Source of the DNA: Tubiluchus corallicola
Taxonomy: Eukaryota > Animalia > Priapulida
NCBI GenBank assembly: GCA_030141605.1
Contig: JAQGDQ010000071.1
Location: 157,081 to 221,080 of the forward strand
Reading direction: 5' to 3'
Length of the DNA: 64,000 nt
Of the stretch, positions 59,484-64,000 are shown in pieces; positions within the stretch are counted from its first letter, which is position 1; every line of letters begins with the position of its first letter. Under the pieces are notes generated by a model. It made no database searches. It worked only from the letters and a program-made list of their open reading frames with translations, and was not told where the DNA came from. Both the position numbers and the translations under genes were made by a program.

Positions 59484-62353
59484 TTAGCGGTATAACAAAC
59501 TACGCCAATGACATCTAATTTCAGAACTAAAGTTTACATCACTGTTTAAAATGCTCTTGCATATAAAATTTTCACTGTTCTTCAGCCTGACATATAAACT
59601 GAATGCACATTTTCTGTGAATAACATCAAAATAAATAATATTAAGTCTAGTAGAAATATATCTCGCGCTCGTATCATATGAAAAGTTAAATAGCTTCCGT
59701 GTTGATACATTATATTCAACCTTGAGTTTGCTAAGATTGTAAGAATAAAAATGTCTCCAAGTGGACATACAATAAAAAGTAGTGCAGTAAGCATTAAATA
59801 ATTGTCTCTTCACGTTAACTGAACAGTGAGTAAATTTCATGAGTAATTTATTTGCTCTACCATAGTAGATTGAACATTGTCGTAATATATCTAAATCATC
59901 TCTATTGTCATCTGATAAAATATGACCCAGATATTTTTCCTTTTTACTCGGTATAAAACTTTTACACTGCAAAATAACAGACCCAAAAGTAAACTGCTGC
60001 ATGTGGGCGGAGCGAAACGTGACAAGTTTAGTCTTATTCACATTTACAAGGATATCATATTCTTTAGCAAATTTATTAAAAATATCTAGCAGTCTCTGTT
60101 GTTGCTAAAAGACATATATCATCAGCGTACATCAAGTGATTAATGCAGGGTTCAGCAATATGACAACCCGCACCAGAGTTAGTAAGTGCAGCACTAAGAT
60201 TTTTAAAATAGAAGTTAAATAACAGTGGAGACATTTTTCCACCTTGACGAATTCCGTTACCTACTGTAAAACTATCAGAGTTAAATTTACCCCATTTAAC
60301 CAACATACGTTGTTCCGTGTAATAAAAAAGCAAAAGTCTAATTACTACATTTGGTAGGTTAGTATTGACAAGGTTTAGGAACAGTTTGAGATAGTTTACT
60401 CTATCGAACGCTTTTGATGAATCAATAAACAGAATATGTACAGTGCTTTGTCGACTAATGTAATAGTCAAGCACCTCTTTTAAAGTATGGATGCACATCT
60501 CTGTGCCTAAGTTTTCAACAAAACCAAACTGAAACAAACAAGAACTGTGACGATTTAGAAGCAGTATTTCTATCACTTTGCTTCCTACAGATGAAAGAGC
60601 GATAGGCCTATAGTTGTTATTGTCTGTAATATCCCCATTTTTGTCTTTAACGAGAGGTACTAGTATAGATAACATTAACGAATGAGGCAAGTAACCGTGT
60701 GTTACACAGGACGTGAATAGCAGCGCCAACATGATTGGCAGCAAGTGGGATGAATTACGGAAATGTTCTCCTTTAAGTCCGTCTGGACCAGCTGATTTAT
60801 GTAAGGCAAGCCTATCAATTGCCTCTTGCACTTCAAAAACTGTAAATGCATTAATGGGCGTTATATTATGGCTCAGAACATGTTTTATACGCGCGTTAAG
60901 ACCTTTGTTGTCAACTGAATTTAACAAATTTTTATAATGATTACCCCACATTGCACAAACGTCCTTTTCCCCTTTTGACTCACCAACTTGTGGAGAAAGA
61001 GGAAGTTTAGAATTAGTTTCTTTTTTAATAGATGTCCAAAATTCATAAGGGTTACAATGCATAAGTTTATAAGCCAACTTATCAGCAATAATACGTTTCT
61101 CATTGCGTTTGCACTCACGCAATGCGCGTTTAAACAATGCTCGAGAACGGCGCATTTCATCAGCTAAGTAACCATTACGTGGCTTACCATTTATACGCCA
61201 TGCAAGGAAACACTGGCGAGAATATTTATAACTATCTGCAACGTAGTCATTCCAACCAGGTATCCTCTTACCCTGACAGTTATTAGACCCAGGTTGCTTC
61301 CCTGGAATACTGATAGTGGCTGAAACTTTTAGTACGTCAGTTATGTCTTCATACAGTTTAGTTAGGTTATTTTGGTGTTGTTCGTTTTCACAGTACACAT
61401 TATTACAAAGTAGAGCGTCGTACGGCATCGCTATACCTAGTAAAGCAGTATGTGTACAGTGCCGGTAATTGGATAACTGACCTTCATTGGCGTTATCCCA
61501 GTCAACATTATATCTATGCTGCCCAGGTTTAGAAAAGATTACATTGTCAGTATTTAGCAAATCATCTACTGTAATAACACTATCATTAATAGGACAGGCC
61601 AGCACAAGGTCAACATTGATCTGAGCACCTATAGGCATATGATCACAGTTAGTTAAATTGTAATCAACAAATATATTACTAACAATGACATGCATTGTTT
61701 CAGTACAAATTATGTGGTCTAACCAAGAGCAAGTTTGATGTGCAGCACTCACATATGTAAAGGTATCAGCTGGCAAGCTGAGCACATCAGAAATATTATA
61801 CTTATTAGCTGAGCACAATGCTTCCAGTTCTCTATAAAACTGTCTTGTTATGTGTGAATTAAAATCTCCTATGCAACATACGTAACCAGTGGCTGACATT
61901 TCAATGAAAGCGTCTAATTTTCCTAAACACAATCTAAAATCATCTAGATTGTCATCACATTCATATGGAAAGTAAACATTCACAAACATAATTGGCATCA
62001 GTTTATCAGGCAGGTGAGCTGAAAAACCTAAAATATTAAAGTCATTTTCATGTGTAATAATCTTATATTCACCCGGAAGTGTTTTTCTCCAGAGCACAGC
62101 TAAACCACCCTGTGGTCGTCCTTTCAGAAGTCCACCAGACAGATCTGTAGGTGAGATCCCTCTTCCATGAAAATCTGGATCAACTGTTGCCAAATAGTCA
62201 AGTTCTTGAACTGGAAGCATCGTTTCTTGAAAACACGATGTCACTGCGATTACAGAGTTCTTTTAACACTACTAGTGATTCAGGATTTTTGATCGAGTTA
62301 CAATTGTAACTCACTATTCTAAGTGAGGATATTTGAGTGCAGTTTCGCTCCAT
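59484..62353 (-). pseudogene. LINE ORF2 (AP endonuclease + reverse transcriptase) with two frameshifts
   Basis: True start is the ATG at 62353 (MERNCTQISSLRIVSYNCNSIK). Frameshift near 62230 (SDIVF/QETML). APE motifs GDFN, WLDH and CDH; RT motifs NYRPIAL, DSSKAFDRV, GIRQGG and YADD. Second frameshift near 60099 (LLAT/QRLLDIFNKF), then KYLG to the stop at 59484. Confidence 0.92.
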
Positions 62354-62360
62354 AAATGGT

Positions 62361-63665
62361 TTACTCGTTATTCGAGCCAGCGTTACTGACTAAAGATTCA
62401 CGAGACGACCATAACCGGTGAATGACTTGCGAATTATTTGTTGCAAGTGGTCTAGCGTTCAATGTCACTGAAGATTTAGCATCATTGCCATTGCTCTGGC
62501 TTCTCTTATTGGCAGAAGTGTAAAAATGCTTTACAAGTACACCTGCAGGCCACACTTCTGGCTTCATAATCTGATCTGATTCCTCGTTGCCGTAGCACGT
62601 TATCACAAATGATGTATATGTGTCATACCTAGTTTTCAGTTTCTCCACCTTAACATTAAAATCAACATTATCTAGAAGCAGTTGCTCGATGTTCTCCTCC
62701 GTCGTGCTGGGATGCAAGCGAGTTGCAAAGATTCGTCTTACGGGCTTACTGGTTTTGATGAGCACATCTTTTCCCGTAGCTGTCCCTGTGATAGTGCGTT
62801 TAGAAGTACGAAGTTTTGGTGCTTTTTTCCGTTGTTTAGAGTAGTTCACAACAGTGAATCCGTCATCACTTATGCCGCTTGACTTAATGTCACCTCTTTG
62901 TACATCTTCCACTGAGTTAGCCTGGCTCGTTTGCCCCACAGCTGCTGAATAGCTTTTTCCTTTTGGTCGTTGATTTTGCTGAATTTCATTCCTGTTAGAG
63001 TTACCAATGGCTTGTGAATCTGTTGTATGTGCCAGTAGTTGATTAAGCTCATTTCGCGAGACTGAATTAGACTTGAGTTCTTTCAGATCTTCTTGTACAT
63101 TTTGTAACAGTTTCATTATAACTGTGATGTCAACAGATTTGAGTGACATAGGCGGAACGTTTTGCGAATACGCAGCCACAAATCTAGGCGCTGGTTTAGC
63201 ATCCGTAATCGGACCATACTGGAGCAACATCAGGATGTCATTCGATAAAGTCCGTCTTTTGGTAGGGCCGATTCGATTTTTAAGAAAGTCCGGCCTGTCT
63301 TCAACGTCATCAGGTATAAGACCCACGAGCATCGTTTTTGCTTCTTCTAGGTTCTCGATTGAGTAGAAATCATGAATTACGATCTCTAGATCGCTGACTG
63401 GAACCCCCGCCTCAAGTTGATTTTGGGCAAAATAGTTCACCTCGTTATGTATAAGGTAATATTTTTCGTCATCGATTGAATTAGACGATATACTGCTAAC
63501 TGTATTTTGTGATGGCAAGATATCATCGTAGTTTGACTCGTCTGCAAGCCCACCAGGCTTTCTAGCAATAAAGCATTTTCTGCATAAAACCAGTTTCCCA
63601 AATTCTGCTCTTGGAACAGGGCCAGGATTCTTCCTCCTGCACAGCACACAAGAGATCGGTGCCAT
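62361..63665 (-). CDS. LINE ORF1 protein (CxxC..CxxC, coiled coil, C-terminal RRM-like), 434 aa, intact
   Basis: N-terminal CVLC...CRKC; coil LLQNVQEDLKELK; RRM-like IFATRLHPSTTEE...KLKTRYDTYTSFVIT...WPAGVLVKHF; lies directly upstream of ORF2. Confidence 0.9.
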   Translation of the reverse strand: MAPISCVLCRRKNPGPVPRAEFGKLVLCRKCFIARKPGGLADESNYDDILPSQNTVSSISSNSIDDEKYYLIHNEVNYFAQNQLEAGVPVSDLEIVIHDFYSIENLEEAKTMLVGLIPDDVEDRPDFLKNRIGPTKRRTLSNDILMLLQYGPITDAKPAPRFVAAYSQNVPPMSLKSVDITVIMKLLQNVQEDLKELKSNSVSRNELNQLLAHTTDSQAIGNSNRNEIQQNQRPKGKSYSAAVGQTSQANSVEDVQRGDIKSSGISDDGFTVVNYSKQRKKAPKLRTSKRTITGTATGKDVLIKTSKPVRRIFATRLHPSTTEENIEQLLLDNVDFNVKVEKLKTRYDTYTSFVITCYGNEESDQIMKPEVWPAGVLVKHFYTSANKRSQSNGNDAKSSVTLNARPLATNNSQVIHRLWSSRESLVSNAGSNNE

Positions 63666-64000
63666 TGTAGGTTGACGGGCAACTAATTACCCTTTACCAT
63701 TACCTGCACTGGCCAGCTCGTTTAGTAATTCAACTTGTCCTTTTGTTGCATCTATTGTGCTTTAATTACCTGGTCAGCAAGAATGTCTGCACAAGAGCAA
63801 CTTTCGCCAAAAAAAGTTAATATTGCTCAAACGTTTTTCACAGATTTCAGGTTTATTAATAGTCAAACATGTTATTTGTTCTTTTAACGGTAATCACCAT
63901 ATTATCACTCACTCACTCATATAGCTTTCACTGATGTACCAGTGCTCAGTTCAGTATAAAACGATGAAAACTTGGAGCACTAATATCACGTGTCGTACAA

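Larger units (their letters stand above)
59368..63800 (-). mobile_element. Near full-length non-LTR retrotransposon (APE-RT LINE, RTEX-like), 5' end not resolved
   Basis: ORF1 and ORF2 are separated by 7 nt. Short 3'UTR with AATAAA and a tandem (AAATCT)-type tail abutting a (GA)n tract. Clade assignment is tentative. Confidence 0.93.

Overview
AT-rich, intron-containing, repeat-rich eukaryotic DNA, most consistent with an invertebrate animal (taxon not determinable from sequence). The only credible host genes lie in the first 22 kb, all on the + strand, and all three encode type II membrane glycosyltransferases of unrelated families. They are a divergent EXTL3-like exostosin (GT47+GT64, 6 coding exons, 1285-12737, ~807 aa), an intronless GT-A/GT2-like protein (15825-16883) and an intronless nucleotide-diphospho-sugar transferase (GT77-like, 20567-21607). 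This compact multi-family glycosyltransferase cluster is the main candidate for an undescribed system. In the remaining 42 kb I found no credible host gene. It holds a nearly full-length RTEX-like LINE (intact ORF1, frameshifted ORF2), other decayed LINEs, a decayed Gypsy pol, Tc1/mariner, Harbinger and pogo-type remnants, a tRNA-derived SINE-like element, a 3.6 kb satellite with higher-order structure, and several mini/microsatellites. All family assignments come from manual motif recognition, not database searches.
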